Positions 1 to 7,994 of a stretch of 64,000 bases of DNA are shown piece by piece. The DNA lies in IMG/VR virus record IMGVR_UViG_3300030380_005342, positions 1 through 64,000 of that record; one strand, written 5' to 3'. This DNA comes from a virus. How positions within the stretch are numbered: the first letter of the stretch is position 1; every line of letters starts with the position of its first letter. The position numbers and the translations under genes were made by a program. Below the pieces are notes generated by a model. That model worked only from the letters and a program-made list of their open reading frames with translations, was not told where the DNA came from and ran no database searches.

Positions 1-209
1 CGACAAACTACAAATCCTATGATGAGTTGAAGACTCGTCTGGAAACCGTCCTCGGCGGTTCGCAACCTACCAATACGGCAGAGAACACTTCTGTCGATGA
101 TGTGGTGACATCTGACACCACCAGTGAAGCGGCTCCGCAGAAGAGCGTCGAGCCTGATTCGGAAGAGGATGCTCTTTCCTACTTCCAAAGGTTGTCCGAA
201 GAGGACTAA
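1..209 (+). CDS. gp32: Single-stranded DNA-binding protein gp32, C-terminal fragment (5' end outside window)
   Basis: Frame from nt 3 reads TNYKSYDELKTRLETVLG...EEDALSYFQRLSEED*, the typical KSYDELK..L and acidic DALSYF C-terminus of T4-like gp32. Confidence 0.9.
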   Translation, partial: TNYKSYDELKTRLETVLGGSQPTNTAENTSVDDVVTSDTTSEAAPQKSVEPDSEEDALSYFQRLSEED

Positions 210-233
210 ACATCACGGGTGTGTGATGTGTGC

Positions 234-264
234 AAAGACCCCCGGCTTCGGCTGGGGGTTTTTT
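234..264 (+). terminator. Intrinsic terminator, probably bidirectional, between convergent gp32 and tape-measure-like gene
   Basis: GC-rich stem ACCCCCGGC-TTCG-GCTGGGGGT with C(UUCG)G tetraloop followed by a T-run; reverse strand has TCTTT after the stem. Confidence 0.9.
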
Positions 265-266
265 GT

Positions 267-1730
267 TTAGTTTCTTGGTCCACCCGGAGTGTCGCGTCCG
301 CCTGCCCTATTGTAAGGGTCAACTGTCGGAGCGGGAGTTGGGACATCTCTACCACCGCCTCTACTACCGCTCACTACTCCCTGAGTGGCAAGAGCCTGAG
401 CATTTGCCGCAACTGAATTTGCGATCAAACCATTTGTTTGCGCACTATTCTCAAGCATCGTATCTCTTAGCCCGGTGTTTGAATTTGAAATCAAACTCAA
501 AACTTCATCAAGTTCTTTACTCAAGGTTGCAAAAATATCAGTTGACTCAAGTTCTTGCTCGGATGCCTCTTTGATTGTTTCTCTAGTCGCCTTGCCCTCT
601 CTCAAGGCAAGTCGATCTGCTCTTTTTCTCTCTCGTTCCTCTTTCCTGATTTGGAACTCTCTTTCAAGTTCTGTTGCCCGCGTAAAATCAAAAAGTAAAT
701 AATTTACTGCCTTCCGCACGCTTGTCGCAATCAAATCAAAGAAACCAAAAATTCTTTCAATGTCTAAAAGACCAAAAGTAAAAGATTCTAAAAGACCTCC
801 AACAACCGATGTGAGAAGTCCTCCGATTCCTGCCTGTCCACCAGCCCTAAAGTAGTCAGACAATCCTTGGATGATGCCAAGCACTACTGTGATAGGTATG
901 AAAATTTTTCCCAAGATTCCTGACACTACTTTAAAGAAGGGCATGATTGTTTTAAAGATACCGCCCGCAAAACCAAGAAACTTGAGAACTGGTGTGACAA
1001 TTTTTTGAAGTAAAGACCCCGTGCTGATAGCAAAATTTTTCACGGCAATAAACGAATTAACGAGTATTTCGACACCACGAAGAATTCTTGGAGATTCTGC
1101 AAAAAATAATGTTGCTGCTTGAACTGCTTTAACAATACTCGGTCCTATCGAGGCAAGTTTTGTCCCGGTAAAGAAGGCTTGGGTGCTTCGAGCCAAACCA
1201 GTCAAAATTTTTGGAATCGTAAAAACACTTTGAAACAAACCTCTATTAATAGCAAATAATGTTGTTCCGATGGCTGCAATCTCTTTATCAATTTTGAATC
1301 CTCTTATTAATATGGCAGGAATAGCAGCCAAGCCAAGCACAGATAACACATCAGCCATTCTGTTTGCAAAGGCAATACTAAGAGGGCTGGGAATGGTGTT
1401 TCTTACGAGGTCAATCGCACCCGTAATCCTATCACCAAGTTTATCAAACAAAGTTTTTTCAACGTCTTTTACCTCTTCGGCACGCTCCTCTTCTGCTTCC
1501 AGCAAGTCGCGTGATGAAGTTTTATTTAAAGATACAAGTTCATTTAAATCTGGAACAATGTCAGTAGTAACATTATCTCTAATCTGTAGGATGTTTTCTT
1601 CTTGTGACTGTTCAGCCTGCAAAGCCTCAACAATCTCACGGAATGGGACATCAGCACCACCAGTCGGAACTGGTGATGGACCTGCTATTGGTCTTGGTCC
1701 GATGAAACTGTTATCACTAGGATCTGCCAC
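267..1730 (-). CDS. Putative tail tape-measure / baseplate hub protein (gp29-like)
   Basis: 487 aa, GTG start. Helical N-terminus, long hydrophobic Gly/Ala/Ile/Phe-rich middle, charged coiled coil. Lies directly downstream of gp26/gp51. Confidence 0.6.
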   Translation of the reverse strand: MADPSDNSFIGPRPIAGPSPVPTGGADVPFREIVEALQAEQSQEENILQIRDNVTTDIVPDLNELVSLNKTSSRDLLEAEEERAEEVKDVEKTLFDKLGDRITGAIDLVRNTIPSPLSIAFANRMADVLSVLGLAAIPAILIRGFKIDKEIAAIGTTLFAINRGLFQSVFTIPKILTGLARSTQAFFTGTKLASIGPSIVKAVQAATLFFAESPRILRGVEILVNSFIAVKNFAISTGSLLQKIVTPVLKFLGFAGGIFKTIMPFFKVVSGILGKIFIPITVVLGIIQGLSDYFRAGGQAGIGGLLTSVVGGLLESFTFGLLDIERIFGFFDLIATSVRKAVNYLLFDFTRATELEREFQIRKEERERKRADRLALREGKATRETIKEASEQELESTDIFATLSKELDEVLSLISNSNTGLRDTMLENSAQTNGLIANSVAANAQALATQGVVSGSRGGGRDVPTPAPTVDPYNRAGGRDTPGGPRN

Positions 1731-1896
1731 TTCGCTTAAAACCTTCCTGTTCTTGTTTTAGTTGCTCCATAATCATGTAGAAGTAAGTTGTTTTCTCCCA
1801 AGGGAGTAAATCTTCAATATCACCCAAACTCATATTCATTCTTGTGCAAAGTATGTAGTTTGAACGCATGTGTCCCTCAAGGTTATCATGACACAT
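1717..1896 (-). CDS. gp51: Baseplate hub assembly protein gp51-like (59 aa, below ORF-track cutoff); probably expressed as a frameshift extension of gp26
   Basis: Manual translation MCHDNLEGHMRSNYILCTRMNMSLGDIEDLLPWEKTTYFYMIMEQLKQEQEGFKRSGRS* matches the H..L..Y..N....SL..IE...PWE...Y pattern of marine T4-like gp51. Confidence 0.8.
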   Translation of the reverse strand: MCHDNLEGHMRSNYILCTRMNMSLGDIEDLLPWEKTTYFYMIMEQLKQEQEGFKRSGRS

Positions 1897-1911
1897 GCTT
1901 ACATAAAAAAA
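1866..1911 (-). promoter_or_regulatory. Putative -1 programmed ribosomal frameshift signal (slippery heptamer + stimulatory hairpin)
   Basis: Minus strand: aaT TTT TTT (1911-1905), 6-nt spacer ATGTAA, then GCATGTGTC-15 nt-GACACATGC (1898-1866). The -1 frame is open into gp51. Confidence 0.7.
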
Positions 1912-2603
1912 TTCTCCAGTCCTTTGACAAGTTGATTATTCTTCGCACCACAACTTGCACAGGTATAGTTTACCTCACAAGAGGCAGTTGGTAATTTTTC
2001 AGCATACTGTGTGATTTCAGTGATGTGCTTCATACTCAAAGAATCAACAAAAGCCTTTTGCTCGGAGAATGGCATCTCAGAAAAAGTATAAATTTGATCT
2101 TTCGTAAAAACTTTATCAATAAAAAATGCCACTGAGTTTACATTGTCTTTCTCTGTGAGCGAGGCAGCCTGTCCCATTCTTGACATCTTGATCGGTGTGC
2201 AAGTAACACCAACCTCTTCGTTCAGCATAATCCTTGCCTCACCGATATCTGACTTTTTAGTGGTTTCGCAAACATCATCAAGATTAATTGACACGGGCGA
2301 TTGCTTTCCACAAGATTTACATTTAAGCGAAAGATCAACAGACTCACCCATCGATCTAACTCTCATGCTCAAAAATAGAATTTCAAAATCGTTGTAACTA
2401 ATATCATCAATCTTAGGACCATCAATAATACATTGCTCAACAATCTTTTTTAAGTTATTTACGAGAAGGTTCTGATCCTTTGCCTCTTTGAGCATCATGA
2501 ACATTTTTTCTTCTTTGACTAAGAAGGGTCTATAAGTTACTTTTTGTTTTGAGATTGGTAATTCAATCACATATTCAGGAGTCTTAATTTTTGGTAATTG
2601 CAT
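1899..2603 (-). CDS. gp26: Baseplate hub subunit / assembly chaperone gp26-like
   Basis: MQLPKI.TP.Y..ELP, YRPFLVKEEK, DFEILFL..R.RS.GE, two CxxC motifs, C-terminal GLENFF. Confidence 0.88.
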   Translation of the reverse strand: MQLPKIKTPEYVIELPISKQKVTYRPFLVKEEKMFMMLKEAKDQNLLVNNLKKIVEQCIIDGPKIDDISYNDFEILFLSMRVRSMGESVDLSLKCKSCGKQSPVSINLDDVCETTKKSDIGEARIMLNEEVGVTCTPIKMSRMGQAASLTEKDNVNSVAFFIDKVFTKDQIYTFSEMPFSEQKAFVDSLSMKHITEITQYAEKLPTASCEVNYTCASCGAKNNQLVKGLENFFM

Positions 2604-2617
2604 GATAACCTTTCATA

Positions 2618-3226
2618 TTAAATGTTTGATCTAAAAATAGTCGCTGCTTCCACTGAGTTTAATCTATCCATGCTTCTTGGATTCAAAACAACATCGAACG
2701 ACATAAGCCCTGCACCCTCATCTGAGTCAGCGAAACTTCCATTTGACACCGAACTTAGGATAGCGTTTCTTACCAAGAATCCGTGTCTCGCCCTTTCTTG
2801 ATCATCTAAGCCAATAATCGCCAAGTCACATTCAAGGGTATCACGATATGGAATCTGTCCTGCACTCACCGTACCTGTGGTAAGTTCAAGCCAATCTTGG
2901 AACACTGAATAGAAACGATTGGATGCATCTGAGAGAAGCCTGAGACTCAAAGAGTCACTGATATTAAAACCATAGACATGTTTATACGCATGCGCACTTT
3001 GATCTGAGATATCGGAGGTTAGAGTTGCTAAGGACGGTACTTCAACTGACTGCACCCGAGAGTTGAATTCCCTGTTAAAGTCTCTTCGCAAAAATCCATT
3101 GTTTCTAATCGCAGAGGAAAATGTCATAGGGATAGATTGAAAGGTAACAAAATACTTGTTGCCTCGTTGGTATCCTCGCTTGCTCAACGAAGAGAGAAAA
3201 TTAGTGATTGATAATCCTTCTGCCAT
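2618..3226 (-). CDS. Tail-tube-fold protein (gp54-like baseplate tail tube initiator)
   Basis: N-terminal ...RGNKYFV.F, V.SVEVP, F.DW, LD.Q pattern of gp19/gp54 family; synteny between gp2 and gp26. Confidence 0.6.
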   Translation of the reverse strand: MAEGLSITNFLSSLSKRGYQRGNKYFVTFQSIPMTFSSAIRNNGFLRRDFNREFNSRVQSVEVPSLATLTSDISDQSAHAYKHVYGFNISDSLSLRLLSDASNRFYSVFQDWLELTTGTVSAGQIPYRDTLECDLAIIGLDDQERARHGFLVRNAILSSVSNGSFADSDEGAGLMSFDVVLNPRSMDRLNSVEAATIFRSNI

Positions 3227-3231
3227 ATCTT

Positions 3232-3238
3232 TATTTAG
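3232..3238 (-). promoter_or_regulatory. gp55-type late promoter (CTAAATA), 5 nt upstream of ATG
   Basis: Minus strand CTAAATA-AAGAT-ATG. Confidence 0.6.
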
Positions 3239-3831
3239 TAGTTTCTAAGAAACTTTACTCGGTAATCTTTGTAAACTTCTGAAACACTTGCCCCTCTAAA
3301 CAATTTGTTCATCTTTGCTGATGTCTGACCAAGATACATGTCTATCCAAAGACGGGGAGAAAGTCTTACAACCCGTGAACTAATCCTCGATTTGATATAC
3401 CTTTTAATCGCAGGCTTCATTGCCTCTCCAAGAGCGGTATCTTTTATTTTTTGATAAATTACAACAGTTCTGTCATTAGCATCAATATTTTTATTTGTTG
3501 TCAAATTATTCAAGAAAAAGTCTATAACTTTGACTCTGACTCTGGGTGGTATGTAATACGGATTGATACCGATCATGTCTCCACCCTCCTCTCCAATCAT
3601 GATTGATGCAGGAAAAATATGATGATACTTTAGTCTGCCACCTTTTTCATAACCTTTTGGATTGCTATATCCAAAAACATAACACCTACCAAGTTGTGAA
3701 GGCATCTGTGCTGTTGTTTCAAGAATCAATTGATTTTTGAGATCTTTAATTGATGGAATTTGATTTGAAAACATTGGAACCAAATCTTTGAAAAAATCAA
3801 CGGTGAGCGATAGTTCTGGATTACTTGCCAT
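3235..3831 (-). CDS. gp2: DNA end protector protein gp2
   Basis: G..Y.F.Y..PK, Y...FP, GIN.YYIPP..R, P.IKRY motifs; adjacent to gp4. Confidence 0.75.
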   Translation of the reverse strand: MASNPELSLTVDFFKDLVPMFSNQIPSIKDLKNQLILETTAQMPSQLGRCYVFGYSNPKGYEKGGRLKYHHIFPASIMIGEEGGDMIGINPYYIPPRVRVKVIDFFLNNLTTNKNIDANDRTVVIYQKIKDTALGEAMKPAIKRYIKSRISSRVVRLSPRLWIDMYLGQTSAKMNKLFRGASVSEVYKDYRVKFLRNY

Positions 3832-4258
3832 AGATTTCTTTCTCCGTCATGATTCTGAATGTCCAGCCTTTACGATCACATAGGGCTTGAGCAGCAGCCC
3901 ACTTTGCCTGATTGATGGCGTATGTTTTTGCCTCGTTGAGATAAGTCACTGATTTTCTTTTTCTAGGCTTTGGTGGCTCCGTTTGTTTTTTTGGTTTTAC
4001 TTCAATCATGATTGTTTCAACTTTGCCTTCTTTGTTCTTAAGTTCAACCATAAAGTCTGGATAATATCTGTGACGCTTTCTATCAACAGGTGATAAATAC
4101 GGTATGGCGATCTCTTCTGATGCCCATTTGATTATGTTTGGATTATCATCAAACGTGAGCATACACTTTCTTTCCCATAAGGATCGGTAATTTATTTTTG
4201 TTGGATCACCAACATATTTGTTTGGATTCTTGGGTTTGTATTTACCACGGTAAGCCAT
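3821..4258 (-). CDS. gp4: Head completion nuclease gp4 (TnsA-like)
   Basis: MAYRGKYKPKNPNKYVGDP..I.YRSLWE, W.SEE..IPY.SPVD...HRYYPDF, IEVKP, NQAKW.AA. Confidence 0.95.
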   Translation of the reverse strand: MAYRGKYKPKNPNKYVGDPTKINYRSLWERKCMLTFDDNPNIIKWASEEIAIPYLSPVDRKRHRYYPDFMVELKNKEGKVETIMIEVKPKKQTEPPKPRKRKSVTYLNEAKTYAINQAKWAAAQALCDRKGWTFRIMTEKEIYGK

Positions 4259-4270
4259 ACATATATTTAG
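4257..4270. promoter_or_regulatory. Abutting late promoters in the divergent gp4/gp48 junction (ATACATA on +, CTAAATA on -)
   Basis: ATACATA 4257-4263 (+), CTAAATA 4270-4264 (-); AGGAG Shine-Dalgarno for gp48 follows. Confidence 0.55.
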
Positions 4271-4279
4271 GAGAAAAAA

Positions 4280-6187
4280 ATGGCATTTTTGAATGAGGAA
4301 ACACGCACACTCACTATCGATGGCACAGTCTATGACATTTCAGCCTTTTCGCAAGCGCAGATTCAGCAAGCGATTAATAGTGGGAACATACAGGGTTTCA
4401 TAGCAGAGACAGGATTATCTCCAATCAATCCTCCAGCGGCAAATATATCTCTTGCGGGACCGGCATCAAACGCATTCTTGCAAGAGTATTTCCAAAGATT
4501 TAATAATCCAAATCAGAGTGCAGAATTGCCAGTTCCTAATATTGGCACACCGCTACAACAAGGTGATGTTCCAGATTCAACTTCGGCTAGTAGTAATCGC
4601 TTTGCCGGTCAAGATACCATGGCACAGGCAGAGGCAAAAGCAGATGCCGAGGGTAAAGCACGCGCACGCGCACTCGCTAGAGAGGGTTCTGGAGTCCAGA
4701 CGGAGGTTGGAGAAAAATTAGGCAGTTTCTTAAATGAGGCTGGGAGGCTTGCACTTGAGGCTTCAACTGAGATGGGGTCTGCCAAGTTTAGTGATCGTGG
4801 TGAAATTTTAGGAGAGGAGAATATTGAGAGAGATATGAGATATCCTCTTGATGCTCTTGAAGGTGATTTGTCAAAGATTCCCTCTGTTGTTTCTTTTGAA
4901 TTTTTTAAGAAAGATTTCGAAAACTTACTTGAAAACAACATTATTAATAAAGATAACTTTTTACCTCTTGCCGTTTCAGGAGTTGCTGGTATTGCTAACG
5001 CTTTCTCAGTTGATGCAAGTGAGATGTCGCAAGTTAAATTTAGAAATCAAAGCCTTGTTGAAAATAATTATGCGTATGGTCCCTTGTCTGAAACAGAAAA
5101 AGTTTACACTGTCACACCGGGAGTGGCGGGAGTTGATCCGTATGAAGTCACACCAGATGTGTTTGAAAAATACAAAAGTAATTTTTATTCAACAGAGGGC
5201 TTGCCCGGTGGTAATGCTAATTTATTCGTTGATCCAGTCACGGGTGATGAAGTTGTTGTAAGTCAAAGACAAGTGGACTTAGACACACTTTCAAGATACA
5301 AAGACGTTAGAATTAGTAGAGCCTCTGAGTCAACAAAAGACAGAGTTTTCATGTACGTTCCAACGCAGTTGTCTTTCTCCGACAACATCTCATACGAGGA
5401 TGAAAGTCAAAACTTTTTAAGAAACGCATATGAGGCAGCCGCAGGAAATGTGACAGCAGTGGCACAGGGAATCAAGCAAGGATTTCTTAGTGTGGCATCT
5501 GACAAAATTGGCAGGGCAGTAGAAGACAGAACTGGTATCAACCTAGATTTGTATAATGGTTTGCGAGGACAGTTTGGTGTAGTTTCCAATCCAAAAAATG
5601 AATCAATGTTCTCAGGTATGAATCGTAAAACTTTCACTATGAACTTTACTTTTGCTCCGACCAGCAAGAGAGAGGCTGTGATGATGCAAAATATTATTCA
5701 ATCATTTAGATTTCACTCTGTTCCACAACTTGCACCTAGCACACTAAACTATCTTGCACCCCATGAAGTTGAAATCAAATTTTATCGAACGACTTTACTT
5801 GGTGATGTCACGGCTAAAGATACCTTTGGTAGAGATGGATCAAGTGAGTTCAAAGATGTGACAACTCTCGATAACAGGGATGAGGTTTTAGATAACTTTA
5901 ATCTTGGTCAGTTCAAAGGATTCGCTAAAGATATTCCCGATGAACTACTTGATCTGATCCCTGATGTTGCAAAAGACTTGGTTGGTTTAAAAGATGAGGT
6001 AACCTTAGTAGAGAACACAGAGTTGCCAAAACTCGGTAGGTGTTTCGTCACAGCGATTGACACAAACTACTCACCAAACCCCAAGTCTGCATTCTTTGTC
6101 GATGGCACTCCTGTTCAAGTTAATATGAATGTTTCATTCACACAAGCAATCATGATCAACAAGCAATTCGTCATGCAAGGATTCTAA
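4280..6187 (+). CDS. gp48: Baseplate tail tube cap gp48 with N-terminal extension
   Basis: RYPLD, FMYVP, NP..E.MF.G...TF.MNFTFAP.S..EA....II..FRFH..P, CFVT.I..NY.P, G.PV...M...F. Confidence 0.85.
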   Translation: MAFLNEETRTLTIDGTVYDISAFSQAQIQQAINSGNIQGFIAETGLSPINPPAANISLAGPASNAFLQEYFQRFNNPNQSAELPVPNIGTPLQQGDVPDSTSASSNRFAGQDTMAQAEAKADAEGKARARALAREGSGVQTEVGEKLGSFLNEAGRLALEASTEMGSAKFSDRGEILGEENIERDMRYPLDALEGDLSKIPSVVSFEFFKKDFENLLENNIINKDNFLPLAVSGVAGIANAFSVDASEMSQVKFRNQSLVENNYAYGPLSETEKVYTVTPGVAGVDPYEVTPDVFEKYKSNFYSTEGLPGGNANLFVDPVTGDEVVVSQRQVDLDTLSRYKDVRISRASESTKDRVFMYVPTQLSFSDNISYEDESQNFLRNAYEAAAGNVTAVAQGIKQGFLSVASDKIGRAVEDRTGINLDLYNGLRGQFGVVSNPKNESMFSGMNRKTFTMNFTFAPTSKREAVMMQNIIQSFRFHSVPQLAPSTLNYLAPHEVEIKFYRTTLLGDVTAKDTFGRDGSSEFKDVTTLDNRDEVLDNFNLGQFKGFAKDIPDELLDLIPDVAKDLVGLKDEVTLVENTELPKLGRCFVTAIDTNYSPNPKSAFFVDGTPVQVNMNVSFTQAIMINKQFVMQGF

Positions 6188-6188
6188 A

Positions 6189-7994
6189 ATGTATTTTAAA
6201 AATTTTCCTAATACTGAAACTTTAGTTAAAGATAATATTGTCAACGTAAAAAACATTTTGCGTCAAGCAGTCTTCACAAATGAGTCTATTGAACAAGATC
6301 GTGCGTACACGACATATAAAATGAAAGACTCAGATACCCTTGAGTCAATCGCTCTAGATTTGTATGGACGAGAAGATTTAAGTTGGTTGCTCATGATGTT
6401 TAATGAAATGATTGACCCGATGTATGATTCATCACTCAATACAATTTCAATGGACAACTTCATCAATAAAAAATATGATGGACAATCAATTTTTATTACG
6501 GAGAGAGGTTTTTCTTTTCCATTTAGTGTGACTAATGATGAAATCAAGTCCGGTGATCTTGTGATGCGTAGAGAGGGAGACACAGGCAATGTTTCATATG
6601 ATGAAAACAACTATGCTTTTGTCAAGCATTATGATAAAAATCTTTCAAAAATACAACTCTATGAACAAGTCGGAACTTTTAAGAAGAGTGATGACATTGC
6701 AATAATTCGAACCGACACCGAAATCTTAAATGCTAACATCGCTAGGGTTGATGAAAATGGTCGATCATCATTGCACCACTTTGGATTGGGAGTGACTACA
6801 CCTCACTTAGACCCTCTTGGTACAATTCCTGATACGAATGGCACTCAACTATCTCTTGGTGTTACCAGTTCGACAACTGATGGACTTAAAAATACAACTT
6901 TGTTCAGCGACACGCTTCTTCACAAATATCTCTATGAATCAACAGAGAAAGTGCTTGGTGCAAATGCTTTGTCTGCGTCAACAGGCGATAACAATTCTTG
7001 CTCTTTTGATTTCACAGACTTCTTTGGCGGTGTCTCATCACTAAAGGTCGGAAACACATCAGCGAGTTACACCTTCACTGGTTTAGGGGCAACACAAGGC
7101 AGCATAATTTTTAAATTTAAGCCACTAGAAAATTTTGAGGTTGGTGGGTCAGTCACATATGATGGTTTTCCAAGTGATGGAGTGATTACTAGAAGAGATG
7201 AGTACCACACATCAAACATGAGAAGAGTGCTTTCAACTAAAGATTGGGGGATGTATTCAAATGGCACAAAACTTATGATTGCATCAACTCCTGATAAAGA
7301 TACATTCCCCTCAATCGGTAATACGAAGATTCAAGGAAATGGTTATCTTTTTGGTCCCACCAGCACAACAGGATCACAAGGCACAGTGACGGATGACACA
7401 TACGTTTATGATTTGCAAGATGGAATTTTTTCGACAATCGTGATATCATATGATCAAAATAGTAACATATTGTTTTCTGTTGATGCTAGAAGTCCGGTAG
7501 GAGTGACCGCACTTTATCATGCATCTATTTCAGGAGAATTTATTCGTGATGGAGAAATGGTTTTTGGCAAAAATGCAAACGGAAAAAGTTTAATTGTTTC
7601 CGGTACAATGGAAAATGGTGCTGGCGAGACAATGAATGTTCCTCAATATTCAAGTGGTGTTACTGATGAAAGTTTGCTCTTTTTGGTTGACTCTTTGGGA
7701 TTCTCAAGTGGCACGCTAGATTTGTCTAGTTATGACGCAAGATCAAAACTTTTTGAAAAGTATAGAACAATTGAAATTGGAGACACCGAAGCAGAAGCAT
7801 CAAACACTCAATTGTTCGAATACGCTGAACCAACGTCTTTGATTACGGCTAATACCTCAGTTAATCAATATCGTGTTCTAAATTCTGATTATGAAATTAC
7901 TAAAAACATGACCAGTGGCACACTGAAACTGCCCAACCCTTCAATCGTTTCGCAGGTCGAACTTGAAATGAGGAAACTGTTGAGCGATGTCTGA
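6189..7994 (+). CDS. gp53: Baseplate wedge protein gp53 with large internal insertion
   Basis: MYFKNFP, LysM-like DTLESIA.DLYG...L.WL.MMFN..IDP, LHHF, C-terminal DYE...N.....L..P. Confidence 0.8.
   Translation: MYFKNFPNTETLVKDNIVNVKNILRQAVFTNESIEQDRAYTTYKMKDSDTLESIALDLYGREDLSWLLMMFNEMIDPMYDSSLNTISMDNFINKKYDGQSIFITERGFSFPFSVTNDEIKSGDLVMRREGDTGNVSYDENNYAFVKHYDKNLSKIQLYEQVGTFKKSDDIAIIRTDTEILNANIARVDENGRSSLHHFGLGVTTPHLDPLGTIPDTNGTQLSLGVTSSTTDGLKNTTLFSDTLLHKYLYESTEKVLGANALSASTGDNNSCSFDFTDFFGGVSSLKVGNTSASYTFTGLGATQGSIIFKFKPLENFEVGGSVTYDGFPSDGVITRRDEYHTSNMRRVLSTKDWGMYSNGTKLMIASTPDKDTFPSIGNTKIQGNGYLFGPTSTTGSQGTVTDDTYVYDLQDGIFSTIVISYDQNSNILFSVDARSPVGVTALYHASISGEFIRDGEMVFGKNANGKSLIVSGTMENGAGETMNVPQYSSGVTDESLLFLVDSLGFSSGTLDLSSYDARSKLFEKYRTIEIGDTEAEASNTQLFEYAEPTSLITANTSVNQYRVLNSDYEITKNMTSGTLKLPNPSIVSQVELEMRKLLSDV

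Noticed and set aside
210-229. Small inverted repeat ACATCAC-N6-GTGATGT after the gp32 stop
   Set aside because: Only 7 bp, single occurrence, next to a terminator that already explains the region
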